DNA of 64,000 bases from Amphiscolops sp. MND2022 (GCA_964187785.1 OZ076409.1:69566001-69630000), one strand, 5' to 3'; shown: positions 35,501 to 50,236, counted from the stretch's first letter. Numbers and translations are program-made. Notes: generated by a model from the sequence alone, not told the origin.

Positions 35501-36626
35501 TTAAGCAATTTTTCTGACAATTTTTGCCAAACTGTAGTTTTATACTCAAAATATATACCAAAAAACGATTCATTTTAAATGTATATATGAACATGAAGGT
35601 AATTGTACTTTTTTGAGAAAATGCCTCGAAAAAAAAGGTTCTGATGGATGGAAAAATTCTAATGTCTTTATTCTTTGCTACAGTTTTGAACAATTGTTTT
35701 CAATGTTTGTTGCTAAAAAAACTTCAGTGAGGTAAACATCACAGTGTTGGGGGGTCTTGTCTTTTTAATATTTCGCCTGAGTCATTCATTCCAGTGTTGA
35801 ACTGCACCGAGTAAAGATTTCAGATACAAATGGCGCAGTGGTACTGTGATGTTTCTCGTACATTCTACTAATACCATGTTTGAAAAAAAACCGACACCTT
35901 CCAGCATCAATTGTTGACAAAAAGTATGGGAACACTTTGATATTGAGAAAGTCTGTGCAGACCTGAAACTAGTTCGTGCAAACATGCATAAAGAGCTGAA
36001 CAAGCAAAGCAATCCAAGAGACAAATATCCTCTTGTCGTCGTCCTGGCAATGCCCAAAAGAATTCGGAAATGATTTTAACTGATTGGAAAAAGCGCATTT
36101 CATTCTTTATGTATGCTTCAACAGAAAACATTAAAAATACTTCATCAAATTGAAAGGGTACAAAAGATTGACATTTCTCAGAGTCGAACTCCACACTCTT
36201 CCTAGTATTAACTAAGTCAAATTCTACAAAATTTAATAAAACATCAAATCGAATACAACAACAATAAAAGCGCATTTTCTGTAGAATCAGGGTTATATCA
36301 CAAAACGTTACCGATATGGAATGTTATATTTGAAAAGGTACCGAAGTTCGAAACTGGTTAGATGCAAACGAGAATCAAAATCAAAACCTGTTGTATAATG
36401 CTAAAAAGCAGCTCGAAGAAGGAAACTTTTGAGAAAAAAACTTTCATTAACTTGAAACGTTAAAAAACAAGTTTGTGAGGGAAAGTTCGTAAATGAAAAA
36501 ACACAAGAGGGGAAGGAATCCTTCAGACTTGGAAACCCGTTTTTGTATATGAAAACATCAAAAAACATCTGAGAAGACCCCTATTGAAGCAAAACCTTCA
36601 AACAAAAAAGCAGTACCTAAAAATAA

Positions 36627-39600
36627 TGTGAGAATTTCAGAACCTTTGATCTATTCTACCTCTGTAGGGGTCAAATACGGACAAGAACCGAATATGACAT
36701 TTCCCCTCTCCCTTCTCTTCCTTTTCAGTTTCGGCTTGAGGTTCCAGGTGGTCTTGCGTCACCGGGAAAGAAATATGAAGGCTTCTCTATCTCCACCGGT
36801 TGCGGCGTTCCTTTCACTCTAGTCCACGGGTTTCCTGTAATATAACAATATATGTTTAACCCTGTATTTCTAGCACCAAAAGTTTCCAGTGTATGGTATC
36901 ACCAGGTATCTCACCGTCTGAATGGGTTTGTAGTGCATTCTCTTCCGGATGAGTCCGTATGGGTGCGTATCTTCCGTCGCGTTCGGAAGTATCATAGACC
37001 TTCGGTTTCCCGTTTTCTTCCGGCAATTCTACGTTGTCCTCATCATCATCGTCTTCTTCGGTGTCAGTATCCGTTGCTTCCCGGTTTTGGACGATCTTTA
37101 GGTTTCCGTTTAATATGCCACAGAGTATCTCGTCCCAGCGTCCGTACTTGCCGTCCAAGCCCCGTAAGCAATGTCTGTTTTTCGGGGTTATATCACCGTT
37201 TGTGTTGATTGCCGGCTCCTTTCTCGCTCGTCGCTCGGTCTGAAATAGTGAACCCGAAATAAATTTTTGGTTTATTATTTTTCCGGCATCCGTTTTTACG
37301 GTATTTTCGGTCCCGCTTATTGCGATTTGTGTTTTTTTGTGAAATTTTCCTTCTTACGATTTTTTGTTGTAATTTTTTTTAACAAAATAGAATGGATCCA
37401 TAACCAAAATTTTCTTTTTGGTGACAACTGGCCTTCGATCTGGTGTTTCTCCTCGGTCTTCGTCTTTGCCATTATAATATGGGCGGGAACCTCTCATTCC
37501 GCATCATGGCCCACATAAATAGTTTTTTTTCGGTCTGCTCGGTGCTGAAATAGTCTTTTCCGACCAATTAGACAGGAATGTTTTTCCGTTTTTAACGATA
37601 TTCGCTAATTTGGTTCTCGGTTTTCTTCCGTGATGTAATTTGAACGGTGTTATTTTTAGTCCCGTACTACAAAGTATGTATTGTGAAACTCATTATTCGT
37701 AATGCTCGGTTCACACTCTCAGTTACATTCAGTCCATCTTCTAGGTTCGCTTTTTTCAAGTTTTTCATTGCTTGTTTCGATCTTTCTACCACTCCGTTTC
37801 CCGTATGCATTCCGGGTGTGCGGTGTTCTATTTCGATGTTTGCGAAATTGTTTATTTTCCCTCAAAATAATTGCTCCACCTTCATCGGATTTTTTCTTCT
37901 TCGGGTTTCCGTACAAATTGAAGTTAATTGTCAATAAAGATTATCACCTCTTTTGCTTCCGAGGTTTTGCAAAATTTTACAGTAGGCCATTTACTGAATC
38001 TGTCTACTGCTATTACTATTTGAATTTCACCGTTTAGGTTTTCCTGTAAAATTGATTTGTATTGCTTGACCAGGTTCGGATAAATTGTCTTGTTTCCCGT
38101 AATGTTTTTTCGGTAATTGGTGGTTAAGGTTTTTACCTGATGCTAAGCGTGCAATTCAGTCTTTGACATTGTTCTCGATGTTTTTTTCATGCCGGGGCAC
38201 AAGAAAATGTTCCCTTCTGAAGTCATGTTCGTAATGCCGGAGTGACCGAAGTGCAAAATGTCCAATAATCGTCTTCTAAGATCTCTCGGGATGACGATCT
38301 GGTCCTCAAAGAATATGAGGTCCCAACTTATTGAGAGTTTGTCAAAAACTGCTCTGTAGCCGTCCGGAATTGTCTCTCTCCTCTGGGCGCATGCTATTTC
38401 TGACTCGGGTTAATTCTGGGTCGATTGCTGTTTTGGAAATCACGGTTTTCAAATCCATCATAAACTCGAAATCCGCTTTTTTGATGTGGTCCTCGGTTAC
38501 TTTTTTGTTTGTGGTGAGTTTTCCGACGATCTGGTTCATCTGTAAATACTTTGCTTCTTTGCAGTCGGTGTTGTATTTTGTGAAGTCCACAATCGGTAAA
38601 TTGACGCCCCGTATGATTAGGTGTATTCTTTGGTCTCAGCTGCTTATTCAATCTCTCCTCCTTGCCGTATTTGTTCCGGTTCTTCTTCCTCTTCTTCGAT
38701 TTCTTAAGGTTAGTAGCTGCCTCCAATTCTGTTTGTTGGGTCGGGTTGGTGCAAATATTGTTCTTTGCGTTTGGTGGTCGTACCGGAGTCTCAATGTTCC
38801 CGGCCGTCACAGCGCGTACCGTTGTTCCACAAGTCTTCATGTTTCGGGCCTATTGTTTCTCCTTCTAATAATGTCCAATATTTCTCTGGTAGCCCCCAAT
38901 TGGTACAAGTTTTCGCGATCCATTTTCTCACCTTCTTTATCTTAAAACAGTACTGCTTTTCAAAATCCTAATATCAGACTGTCCGGATGTTGTTATTTTA
39001 TGTTATTCGGTTTTGTTCACGTTGTTTTTGGTCTCGAATGTTCCTATCGCTTGTGATCGTTTCGTTCTGTGCTCAATGTTGTTCTCGGAATCATTCGTCA
39101 TTCTTTCGGTTGTGGTTCTGTTGCATTTTGATCGATCCGCGAAAAGTTGTGCGTATTTCAAATTTCAATATGCTTGTTCGGCAAGGATGTTGATTACGTT
39201 TTCTTCATCGTAATTTACTTCCGGCGCGACTCTCCCTACCGGATTTCTACTGAGGTAGTCGGTGAATTGCAAATTGACGCCTGCGAGAAGCTGTATTGCT
39301 ATATCGAAATGACTTAGGCGGCCCAGCCATCTCGTTAATTGCGCGCTATACTGTTTATTGCTTCGGTTTGTCCTTATTATTGCTTCAAAGCTTGGTGGTC
39401 GGTATAGAGATGAACTTTCTCTCCGTATATGTAACATCGGAATTTTTTGAATCTGAAAAACACCGCCAGTAGCTCATCGATTGAACATTTCGTTTCGATT
39501 TTGTTCAAATATCGGCTTCCGTATGCTATCTATTTTGTTTTTCCGTCATCTTGCTTTTGCCATAGTGTGATTCCCAGTCCGGTTGTACTAGCATCGGTCG

Positions 39601-41640
39601 GTACTATGTTTTTTTAACCTTTTGCATAGTGTGCTAGACATTGGGCCTTAGGTCAACACCTGTTTCATTTTTCTGAAATCTACTTCTTGTTCGGTCTCCC
39701 AGTACCAGGCTTCGTTTTGCTTCAATAGTTTTTGGAGTCGACCTGTTCGTTCCGAAAGTTTCGGTAAGAATGTTGCCATGTATTGGGTTGCTCCGAGAAA
39801 TGATTCTAGTCTTTTGTGTTTTTCGGTGAGTTCAATTTCAAAATGGTTTTTACCTTTTCTTCAATCAGTTTTGTTCCGTTTTCGTCGACTTCGTGGCCCA
39901 ACCACATAGTTTTATCCATGAAAAATTCGGATTTTTTTACTCACTCGGTATCCGGCTTTTTCTAAGTTGTTCAGAATGTCAATCTAGTTTTTTCTCGTGT
40001 TCGTGTTAATTCCCCAGGTTATTACAACTATGTCGTCTAGCCAAGCTGGTGTACTGTATCCGAGCGTTCGCTCAATTTTTTCTCGAAGTATTGTGGGTAT
40101 GTCGGCAAGACCGTAAAACTTTTTTTGAATCGGTTATATCCGCTGAAATTTTCCCAGGTTATCGCAAAGACGCCCTGTCGGCTTCTTTCTTCGGATAGTT
40201 TCATCCTTCCGTATGCGTAGTCTAAATCTATTTTTGATTTGAATAGTTGTGGTGTTCGGTCACCGGTGATTTCTATCGAAATTTGATTCAATAGCTCTTC
40301 CATGTTCGAGATGTGTGGTCTCAATTAAAGGCAGCTATCATTTAGGTTCCGTGAGTCCAATGCTATTTTTACTGATTTATCACTTTTTAAGGTTCTTAAC
40401 ACCGGTGATACAAAACAATTTTCATTCTCATCGTTGATTTTTTCCCAAAGATCCAGTTTTATCGGTTTTTCTTGTTCTCGTCCTATCTCCTCTTGTAGGT
40501 TAAGTGGTACCGGTCTGGCGTTTTTACCCGGGTAGTGTCCCGGTTTTAGTTAGATGTTTATTTCGGTGTCTTTTATCGTTTCAATATTTTCAAACAGATC
40601 AGAAAATCTATCGAATACTTTCTTGCGTTCTGATTGGCTGTTTTCGGCCAGTTCTATTCTACTGGTTGTTAGCTTGAAATTCTTCGTCCAATCCATCCCG
40701 AGTAATGATATATCTGTTCTTTCGGTTATCAAGATATCTACTTCTTGTTTGTTGTTTTCGTATTCCACATCTAACCGAATTCTTCCTCGGAACTTTACTT
40801 CGTTCTTATTCACGTCTTGGTATCTGTTTGCGGTTTTCTGTTGTTCCGGATAATTCTAGTATGTTTTTGACCGGTGGCATTATCGTTATCGGTGATCCGG
40901 TGCCATTTATGAATAAGTTCATTCTTCCGTTTATTTTCTCTGTTGCCGTATAGTGTTTGTTCTTGGCTTCGACTTTCTTTTTATATTTATTGTGGTGTTT
41001 ACATTCTTCTATCTTCTAATTCATTTGATGTTTCGTCTCGGTCGTCAGTTTCTTCTTCGGTTAGTCTTTTCACTGTTCGGATGTTGGTATATTTTTGTCT
41101 GCATACCTTTGCTTAATGTCCTTTTCTTCCGCATTTGTTGCAATTTGTTTCTATTGCTGGACATTTATGTAATGGTGTCCAGTTCGGTGCCTCACAAAAT
41201 GTGCATTGTCTTTTTCCTGTCGGTCTGAGTTTTGGTCTGGCAGCAAAAGTTTCCATTCTTTGTATCGGTTCTTCTGAATAACCGAATCAAATCTTTAATT
41301 TTGATACTGTCCGGTTCCGTTTTATACTCGGCACTGGTTATTTGGTACAATGCTTTGGGTCCCACTCCCCAGGTCTTCTTGGATAATTTGTTCTTTTCCG
41401 GTCCACTTGGTTGCTGTGATGTCTTCTCCTTTTATTACTGGTACAATGTCTATTTTATGTTCCCGTTTAGTAAAATGCCGGAATCGTTCTGGCCACCGTG
41501 ACTATCTCGGTGTGAATATTGCATTTCCAACCGAATTCCTTGCCTCTACGTTCGGTACTGTATTTTTCTCTGTCATGCCTTTGTTTTGTTAAGAAGTTTT
41601 CAATTTGTTTAAAAGATTGCTGACTGCGCCATTCCGTTCT
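36627..41640 (-). mobile_element. Old Ty3/Gypsy relic (gag end, PR, RT, RH, IN remnants, PPT, short LTR stub)
   Basis: Minus-strand fragments KIDLDYAYGRMKLSEE, QYSAQLTRWL..FTDYLSRNP and PHTRNAYG. PPT GAAGGGAGAGGGGAA then TGTCATA at 36699. Outer limits approximate. Confidence 0.82.
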
Positions 41641-43356
41641 CACACACTAAGCTCTAAGGTTAAAAGAAAGAGTTAAGAGAATGTCCTTAGTTCGCTGACT
41701 ATATCGTAGATATCAAAATATAATGTAGCATCTAATTTAATATGTAGCAAAGTTTTGTTTATCAACAAACAGGTAGGCTAGACATTTTTATGAACCGAAA
41801 CTCGGTAGGTGTCAAATACCGGAATGAACCGAATGTGACCTTTAAAACTACAAAATTTTTCATATAGCGCGGCAAAAGAAAAAAAAGAAATTTCGCTAAA
41901 ACTAAACACCTTCATTTTTTCAAGAAAACGGAAAAAAATGTGACTCGATAAGAATAATGTTTCGTTCATGTGTAATAAGTGGTTCAGCTCGTTTTTGGTT
42001 GGTTATTATTTATACGAAAGGAAAAAATATCTTAGCAGCATTTCCCCAAGTTTTTGATGTTCCATTATTAGAGTGGGAAGAATATTCATTCTTGATGCTT
42101 TTTTGTAGAAAGAACCAATAATGCAAAAACAAACAATTTTTGACCGTTCATTGCAAATTTCAAATGTTTCCTGATTATGAATATGGATGTTCCTTTCAAA
42201 GGAAGTGCTGGAATGAACCAAAAAAAAACATTTGAAAGTATCTATTTATTCAACTGATTTCGTTTTGATACAAAATCAGTGGGTGTAACGGCTACGCTTG
42301 AAACTTTTTCGCTGAAACAGACGAGAAATATCCCGGTGCTCAGTGGGCGCCTTGTAATCGTAGTTCTGATAAAATTCAATTATGCATAGTTCATATATTA
42401 ATTTTTTGTACTCACTTGTATATATTTCAGCACTAAATTACTAGATTCTGAATGTTTCAAAACTTAAAAGAGAAGTAATTGCAAAATCGGATCTCAAAAA
42501 AGTCAAAACAATATTTTTGTATTTTACTGACCTTCGGGTGTTCAGATTTGCTTGACTAGAATTGTTAATGGAGTTTTTTTATCGCCTTACAGTCGGCTTT
42601 CTTCGAGATGTCGTGAAATTTTAGTGCACTAGTTAATAGTGCATCGTTATCCTCTTTTCTATATCCCTGCTTTACTGCCTTGAATGACGATAGCCTAGAG
42701 ACTCTCCGAGGACGAGTTATTGCAAATTTACTTGTAAGACTGAATTTAATTCTCCGTGTCAGAAGTCGAAATTCGAACAATCAATTCAGGAAATTGTGAA
42801 TTACCGTGACAATATAGGTCATTCATAGTGTGGTTTTAAGGCAAATGCCTTTTGCGATATTTTATCATCGAATTGTGGGTGGGATATGTCAAAATATTCA
42901 CATGCACCTTTCGTATATTGCACCGCGGTTGATGTTATTGAAGTCGACCAATCGCACAAAATGCAGACAACAAAATGTAGGTTAGTGACCTGAATTGATG
43001 ATCTGGCTTTTATTTAAAATTTATTTCGACATATCTATAATATACATTTATGTGACAAAAAGTAGGTATGACATGGACATTTGTATGCCCGTGTAGATAG
43101 GGGTCGGCGGTGCACCGATCCGAACCGAAAAACCGGCAGCGAAAACGTGCAAAACCACGGAGAATGATGTATTTTTCGGTGCCAAACCCAGTGTTCCTGT
43201 TGACTGCTTGAAGAATCTGCCCGTGCCCGGGGTAGCGCCCAGCTTTAGCGCTGACGTCACTACGACCCGATTTCCACTGTTTCGCTGAACTGGACTGAGT
43301 TATCGTAATTTTTCGTTGTTTTAATGTATTTAGATTATAATATGCTCGAGGGCTAT

Positions 43357-44133
43357 TGTAACGGCAAGCTCTGGTACAGCAACATCAACCAATTTTGCAA
43401 CTTTGACATGTTCAGAAATTTTGTCAAAAATTCTAATCCGATGTGTGACGTGGCACTGAGCATGTGATTGCTCTTTTCGCTGTTTCCACGAAATTGGCAG
43501 GTACTTCGACAACAAAGAGCAAGAACGAGCAAAAACACGGGCGCGCCGCCAGGACAGAAGCCAGAGACGGCAAGAACATCCGAAAATAGACTCTTTTTGA
43601 GGTGCTAACACCGGTTTTATCGATTTTCAGCATTATGCTACCCTATGTAGCGGAAACCGTGAAAATGAGTCTTTTCGCCTAAAGATCCTTGTTTGGTGCT
43701 TGGAGTCCCTGCGCCCCAGCTTTTTAGCTGTGTGGTTTGCCATATTCGTGCCTGTTTTCATGTATTTTCTGTGATTTTGGCTGTATTCAGTAGCGCTAGC
43801 GCTAGTTTAGATCTTATTCACCAATTTTAGACCTTATTCACATGTCACCCTGGAACTGGAAATTTACCTTATTCTTGGCATTGTTTTTATATGCTAGTTA
43901 AGCGGTGGTCTTTAGAGAGTCAGAAAGATGCCCGTTACTATTAGCAATCAAAGACTAGGACCGGTTGGACAGTAAGTATTCGTCGAAGCACCCGCGGCCC
44001 CGGGACGTATTTCACCCCTGGAGGCAAAATGGATCTGTGGCGATGGGCGCCTGTCCCGAGCGAATCACCCATCCCTGCAGGTTCCTCCACCTCTGTTAAC
44101 GCGTTAAGCGACCGATAACTGCTTGCCGTTACA
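43357..44133 (+). repeat. 5' LTR (777 bp)
   Basis: About 9 substitutions and one 4-bp indel versus the 3' LTR, counted by eye. Confidence 0.92.
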
Positions 44134-47100
44134 TGAGACCTCATTTTTTGGCGACCACAGAGGGATCGCTTCCGATTACTGCCCTAATATATGGTTTTGA
44201 AATTTCCGACCCCCTGGTATTGGACGCCAAGAACGATTGGACTCTGGAAGGAGACGTTTACCCATGGTTTTTCCAACTTTTTTAGATGATATGACGTTAT
44301 ATTTTGGTATTTTTCCTGTATTTCGGGGGATTTTTTCGAATACCTATGGTATGTTTTGATAACAGGTATTTGTTGACAGGTATCGTCTAAAATTGCACGT
44401 TCCCATCAGCGGGTACCTTTGTAATGGCTTAGCGAACCGCTAGAAAGCCGTTACGCATGTGGTAACAGATGTTTTACAGCTCATTTCAGCGTTTTTGGCT
44501 ATGTACGAGGTATTCAGTTGATGGATGCGCCATGTTCCATCTGACCGATAGATGAGCTGAAACGAGTGTTCCCGACTCTCCTTTCCCATTTCCCGTGGAG
44601 ACGTGCTAGAAGCATGTTTTTTGGTGGAAGGCTAGAACAACCACTGACGTTGCCGACGGTCCAAACTGTTTCTCTCTGGCTGGTCTGGTTGTTGAGAAAA
44701 AAGACGGCGAAGGTACCACCCCTCATTCCGCAAGAATCGGTTTTTTGGAGTATGGTATGAAAAATTTTTTAGATTGTGTATTTTTGACGGGGAATCATTT
44801 GTGCATGCTAGTTTTACCCTGTTGCAACTAAGTGTGTGCTTTTGCACCTGTTTTCAGTGAAAAAAGTGCGATTTTTAGTGCAAAAGTCGCAAAAACGTGA
44901 TTTTTGGCATTTTTGAATACTTTTCTTGGTACGAGGGCGAGCGCTCGAAGTATTAGCCACAGCAGTTGCAGAAATGAATAAAAAGTAGCCCAAAACCTTG
45001 AGGGTTATGCTACATAATGTAACGACAACCAGAAAGGCCGTTGGAGTCCTTTTTGAGACACATTTTGCATGAAAAAACCCGGTTCTTGGCGAAATTGGCA
45101 AAAAACCACTATGAAATGCCACCGGGAGAGTGCTGGATTGTGATGTAATTGCCTCTTCCGTGCTGCTATTAGTTTGGGGCACACTCCACAGTACCGAAAA
45201 CAGGATTTAAGAGAGTTTGTAAAGTTTTCTTGGTGAGAACAGGTCGAAAAACCTTGATTTTTGGCCAGTTTCAGGAGTGCCAGAGTGCATCATTAAAACC
45301 TCTGGGGCACTCAGCGTTTTCGTAACCTGGGAGCCCGCGCGCTCTCATTTTCTGTTTTTATAGTAAAAATAACGCGTGGTGGTGAAAACCGCGTGTAAAA
45401 ACTCCCATTCAGTGCTGAGAAAAGTGGAAAAACGCACTGAATTTGATCAATTTTCCACAAAACCGGACTGTCTCTGAGGTAGGGTCGGGTCATCGATTCC
45501 TGAACCCTAGCCAAAAAGTGGTTACATTTTCGTAATCACCACATAAATTAACGTTAGTGCTGAAAATTTGGTGAGCGTATCGGTCACCAAAGTCGAGAAA
45601 AGTTCTCTGACGTTTCGACTTCAGAGAAGCGTAAGAGGACCGAAAAAATCCAAAACTGCAGGACTGTCAGTGCCTTACACCTAGTGGGCACAACCAATTG
45701 AGGGTTTATCCCAGTGCTACGGATAGTGGGGCAACACGTTGGTCCCATTTTGCCCGCCGTATCAGTTTCTGAGGTGATCCTCTTGGCCAATTTGTGAAAA
45801 AAGTCGTCAAAAACAGTGTTTTTTCGTGTACAAAGTACATAGTGGGTCGAAACCTCAAATAAGCGCTCGCGCTTCAATTCGACTGTATCAGTGGCATTGT
45901 AGGTGCCCACTGGCATAGACTACCAAGTTTAGTGCCGATCTGTGTGATACTTGTTGAGAAAAAAGGAAAAACGTGGCACCCAAAAAGGTGCGCAAAAAGG
46001 CAGTTTTTTCTTAATTTTTCCGAGTAACCCGGGCACCTTAGCCGACGGGTGGGGCTATATTGCAGCCCACCATTGTAACCTGTGCTAGTTTCCACGTTGC
46101 TGCGGAGAACTTGAGCTAGCTAGCTCTTTCCAGTGGACCGCAATCTTGAAAAATACGTGAAAAACAGTGCATTTCGGTACATAGTGATACCGCACGTCTG
46201 TACCTAGGTGAAACTGTGTAGAAGGGGCGCAGCTCAATTCTGTGTTCATTTTCGTAAACATACGTGTACCTAAGATCTGCTGGTCAATTTTGGGCTGGAT
46301 ACGGCGATTCCAGTGCACACACGAGCCTCTGGAGAGTTGTTGTCCGATTTTTGGAAAATCCAAAAATTCTTTGAAATTCTTCCTGTGGGTGACTGGAGAC
46401 TTTTTGCCCTAGACCAGGTTAATTTTCTGGCCCAGTGCGCTTGTGGAAAAGCGCTGTGCAAATTTGAACAGCCTACGAGCTTTAGAACGTGTTTTGAGAA
46501 ATCTTGGACGTTGAAAAAACATCAATTTTCTTAAGTCCTCACCGAGACGAGCAGAGGTCCAAATCCTTGAGGAGACCCCCTGCAAGCCTACCACCGTCTA
46601 TTTCACTACTCTAACAGCGTGGATGGTGCCTACTGACAGCGTCTACCAAGTTTGGTGTCAATTGCTACTATATCTGTTGAGAAATTTACTAAAACAAACT
46701 GCACAAGAAGGTGCGCAAGAAGGCGAATTCTACGAAGTCTTGTGGGATTGCCTGAACACCTTATTCAAAGAGTGGTGCCAAATTGCTGCCCACCATCGTA
46801 ACCAGAGCAAGTTTATCGTATTGTTGCCGAAAAAACGAGCGTGAGCGCTCTTTGCAGTTCGCCACAATCTGGGTTGACACGTGAAAAACAGTGCATATTG
46901 GAACACAGTGATATCGAAAGTCTGTACTGTGTTGAATTTTCACCTAGTCACCTCAGCACAAATCAGCTATTACTCCCTTGTACCTCAACTTACGTGGGAT
47001 TGTGTGGTTGATTTTGAAGCCGATCCTGCGTTTCTACCGTCAGCGCTAGCCACTTGAGTTTATTTCAAGTGAATCTGAAAAACCCAAAAATTACCTGAAA

Positions 47101-47975
47101 AACCTCTGAACTGCGACTGGATCCTAATACCTCGATTCCGGACTCACTTCTTGGGCCAGTGCATCAATCCTAACGTTAGTTCATTGCTGTGCGTGTGATA
47201 TTTGATCAGTATCGATGGGCTGCCTTGCTGGATCTTAGCATTTTGTTACTTGAAGTTGTGATATCCTGTGTATTGTAACGAATTGGATCATTTTTTTGAA
47301 CTGTCGGCGCACCTTATTGGAAAGTTGGGATTATATTGCCCTGGACTATTCCTATTGGTGTCAGTTGGTGCACCGTTGCTGAAAAAGTGAGCTCGAGAGC
47401 TCAGCACTGTGGACGAGAGTCTTTGATTGCATGTGAAAAATCGTGTCAATCGAGACACAGTGATACGGAACGTCCGTACCAAATCTAAATCTCGCCCAGT
47501 GGACTGAATTCTCATTGGTTGTTACTGTAGTGTAGCTGGCCATACGTGTGATCGCGTGACCAATTTTGAGCCCGATACCACGTTTCCAGCACTTGTACAA
47601 GCCACTCGAGTAATTTTCGGAAAAAGTTGAAAAATCCAAAAATCGTTGAAAAAGGCTCTAGCTTGAAGCTGGAGGCAATTATCAGCTACGGAAGGTTATT
47701 TTTCTGACTTGTGTGGCTGACGAAACATGCTGTGTCATTTTGTACCCAGTACGATTGATAAAACCGAATTTGACTCTGTTCAGACACACGTTTTGAACAA
47801 AATTCCAAAGAACACCGGAAAATCTATCATTGTAAATCCTCAATACTTCCGCTGTACAGTAGGCGGACCCAAAAAACCTTCATGTTCTAACGGAAGGGAC
47901 CCAGTAGACCTTCCTGGGTGCAAACGAGGCAAATCCCACGGTTCAAAAAAAAATTGCCGACAGGGGTCATAAATT

Positions 47976-48944
47976 ATGGACTCCTCTTGGACTTCGAAAT
48001 TAGGTGCTGAACAGTTCAAGTCAGCAGTGTTGTGTGCCTGGGACGTACTCTGGACTACATCTAACACTGGAATGAAACCTTCGGAAAAATTCCAACGCCT
48101 CTGCTTCCTTTTGAAGGGGGGAGAGGGCACCAGCGCAGCACAACCAATCGATGAACCGGCCTCGATATCTTCGAACAACGCAATCATGGGCATGGCTCAC
48201 ACGTCGCCTATGGATCGAGGCGGGTTGCTCCAGAGCAATCATGGTACTGATGACCCAAAAGATGAATTGATATCTCCCGAAAAGTTGAAGCGAGCGCTAG
48301 CACAAATGCAGATCAATATTTCAGACGCCGTCGAATCAGAACCATTGACACCGCCAACAAAAGACATGGAGGTGGACCCAATATCTTTGGACACCACAAC
48401 CATGTGTATTGCTGACACTTTGCCTGAATATCACGCCGGTGATAATGGGTTGCGTGAGCGCAACCTCTACTCAAGTGAAACGAAGAATGACCGAATATCA
48501 ATCTCACCCTCCACTTCCTTATCGCAAGAGACTGTAAGCAACTCTCACTTCCCTGGAACAAAGTCCCTAATATCAACTACGAAGTTGCTACCGAGTTTGC
48601 TGAAAGACTCCTTTGAGCCACATTCTGCTAAAGGTGGGGTACGGGATTTTATTCATGTGGACCCGCCAGTCTTTATCAATTGGTTGCCTGGTGGTTTAGC
48701 TAAAACTCGACCAACTGGTCATAGACGTGGTCGACCACCGCGCACAGACTTTGAGCACTCATGGGAAAAAGTTCTGTTGTCCATTTATCATGGACGTCGC
48801 CGTGGCCGTCCACCACGCCAAGTTCTACCATGGTCACATCGACCGAAGGGACATAGGCTTGGCCGTCCTCCGAACAACTATTCCAGTCTTGAGATAGACC
48901 CAGTATCCAGAATTTTCTTTATCGGATTTCCTGATGCTTCATGA
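47976..48944 (+). CDS. 322-aa hypothetical protein with three AT-hook-like GRPP motifs
   Basis: ATG-initiated ORF with GHRRGRPPR, GRRRGRPPR and GHRLGRPPN. It is the only long ORF in the element. Confidence 0.55.
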   Translation: MDSSWTSKLGAEQFKSAVLCAWDVLWTTSNTGMKPSEKFQRLCFLLKGGEGTSAAQPIDEPASISSNNAIMGMAHTSPMDRGGLLQSNHGTDDPKDELISPEKLKRALAQMQINISDAVESEPLTPPTKDMEVDPISLDTTTMCIADTLPEYHAGDNGLRERNLYSSETKNDRISISPSTSLSQETVSNSHFPGTKSLISTTKLLPSLLKDSFEPHSAKGGVRDFIHVDPPVFINWLPGGLAKTRPTGHRRGRPPRTDFEHSWEKVLLSIYHGRRRGRPPRQVLPWSHRPKGHRLGRPPNNYSSLEIDPVSRIFFIGFPDAS

Positions 48945-50236
48945 TTGTTTCATGTCCTGCTGCTATTGGATGGTGATGTCTTTCCAGTCCTAACCACACT
49001 CCACTTCTTTTCATAGGGGGAGGAGGTGTCGTCAACGCTTAATCTTTCCTGCTGCATTTTTATGTCAGGCATTCAATTTTGTCCATTCCTCACTATCCTC
49101 ATGTGAAAGAGGGTGCTCAACGACTAAGGCCCGGGGAGTCAACTAAGGCCCGGGGAGCCTCAGTTGAAGACCAACACCCCTATGCTCATCAACTCAATTG
49201 GATAACGCCCGGAGGATATCACTACGTTTGGTAATGGATACCTTGCAGCGTGATGTTCTTGTTGGAGCAGTTTTTTCTGCAACTTTGTTTCGTAATTTTA
49301 GTAGTCATGTAAACGTACGTCGCGACATTTTTGTTTTAGTTTTGTTTGAGATGTTTGAATTCAAATACTTCTGTTAATTCAATAAATAACCCAAATACTC
49401 TACATGTATTGCTACGCCCGAAAGGTGCTATTTTTGTTCTTTTTTTCAAGATTTCCTGAAGTTTCCTCCAGATTCCAACGTGATATCCGGAAAAATAAGG
49501 AGCGCGCGCGCTTCTGATCTGCAAATGGCAAGGTTTGATCTACCTTTGTCTGCTTTACTCTAGTGCTTACTCTTCCTAGCAGTTCGTAGTTTGCTTCTGA
49601 TGCGCTCCTTGACAGATGCTACTGAACTCTATACAGGTATGGAGCTGCACATCAGTGCGTGTTGCCCAAACCAAGCCGAACTGTAAAAAAAGTATCAAAG
49701 AAACAGCTTGTTTTCCTTTCAAACAGTGATTTTTCCACTGAAAAGAAGTTTTAGCGAAAAGAACTTTTAACTGTGCTGCAAACTGAAATTTTATTGCCGT
49801 GGAAAAGATGTTTTGCTGAAAACCACGTGCGTTTTGGAGCGTGAGCGCTCCGCAAAAGAAATTTTAGACGTCCAAAAACCAAAGTGATCGCAGGATCCCA
49901 TTCAGACTTTTGCAGAAAACTCGTGCTAAAAAAGTGGTGCTTTTTTGATTGATGTATGGAATCTTGGATTTGATCAATTTCAAGGTGCATTTTTGAGTAC
50001 TGGTTTTCTAGCTATCGAGCTAGCTCTGTTTCAACAGTTTCTGGACGATGCAGGTTCTCTGGATGGCAAGAGGCAAGACCTCATGGTTGCCCAATCAGCA
50101 AAAGATGACCGTGCCACTGGACCGTTGCAACATCACCAGTTTGAGACCCCCGTGGATTGCACTCATGATGTGGCGATGTTTTCAATGCCAGCCTCTCCGC
50201 ATGACAGGGACGTCTTGCATAAAGTCCGGGGAGTGA

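Noticed and set aside
35782..36275. Possible coding fragments (also 42565-42780, 56429-56692, 59702-59896)
   Set aside because: Short, no recognisable motifs, no supportable gene model.
38331..38945. 204-aa plus-strand ORF (also 60738-61361)
   Set aside because: Antisense shadows of decayed minus-strand Gypsy pol sequence.
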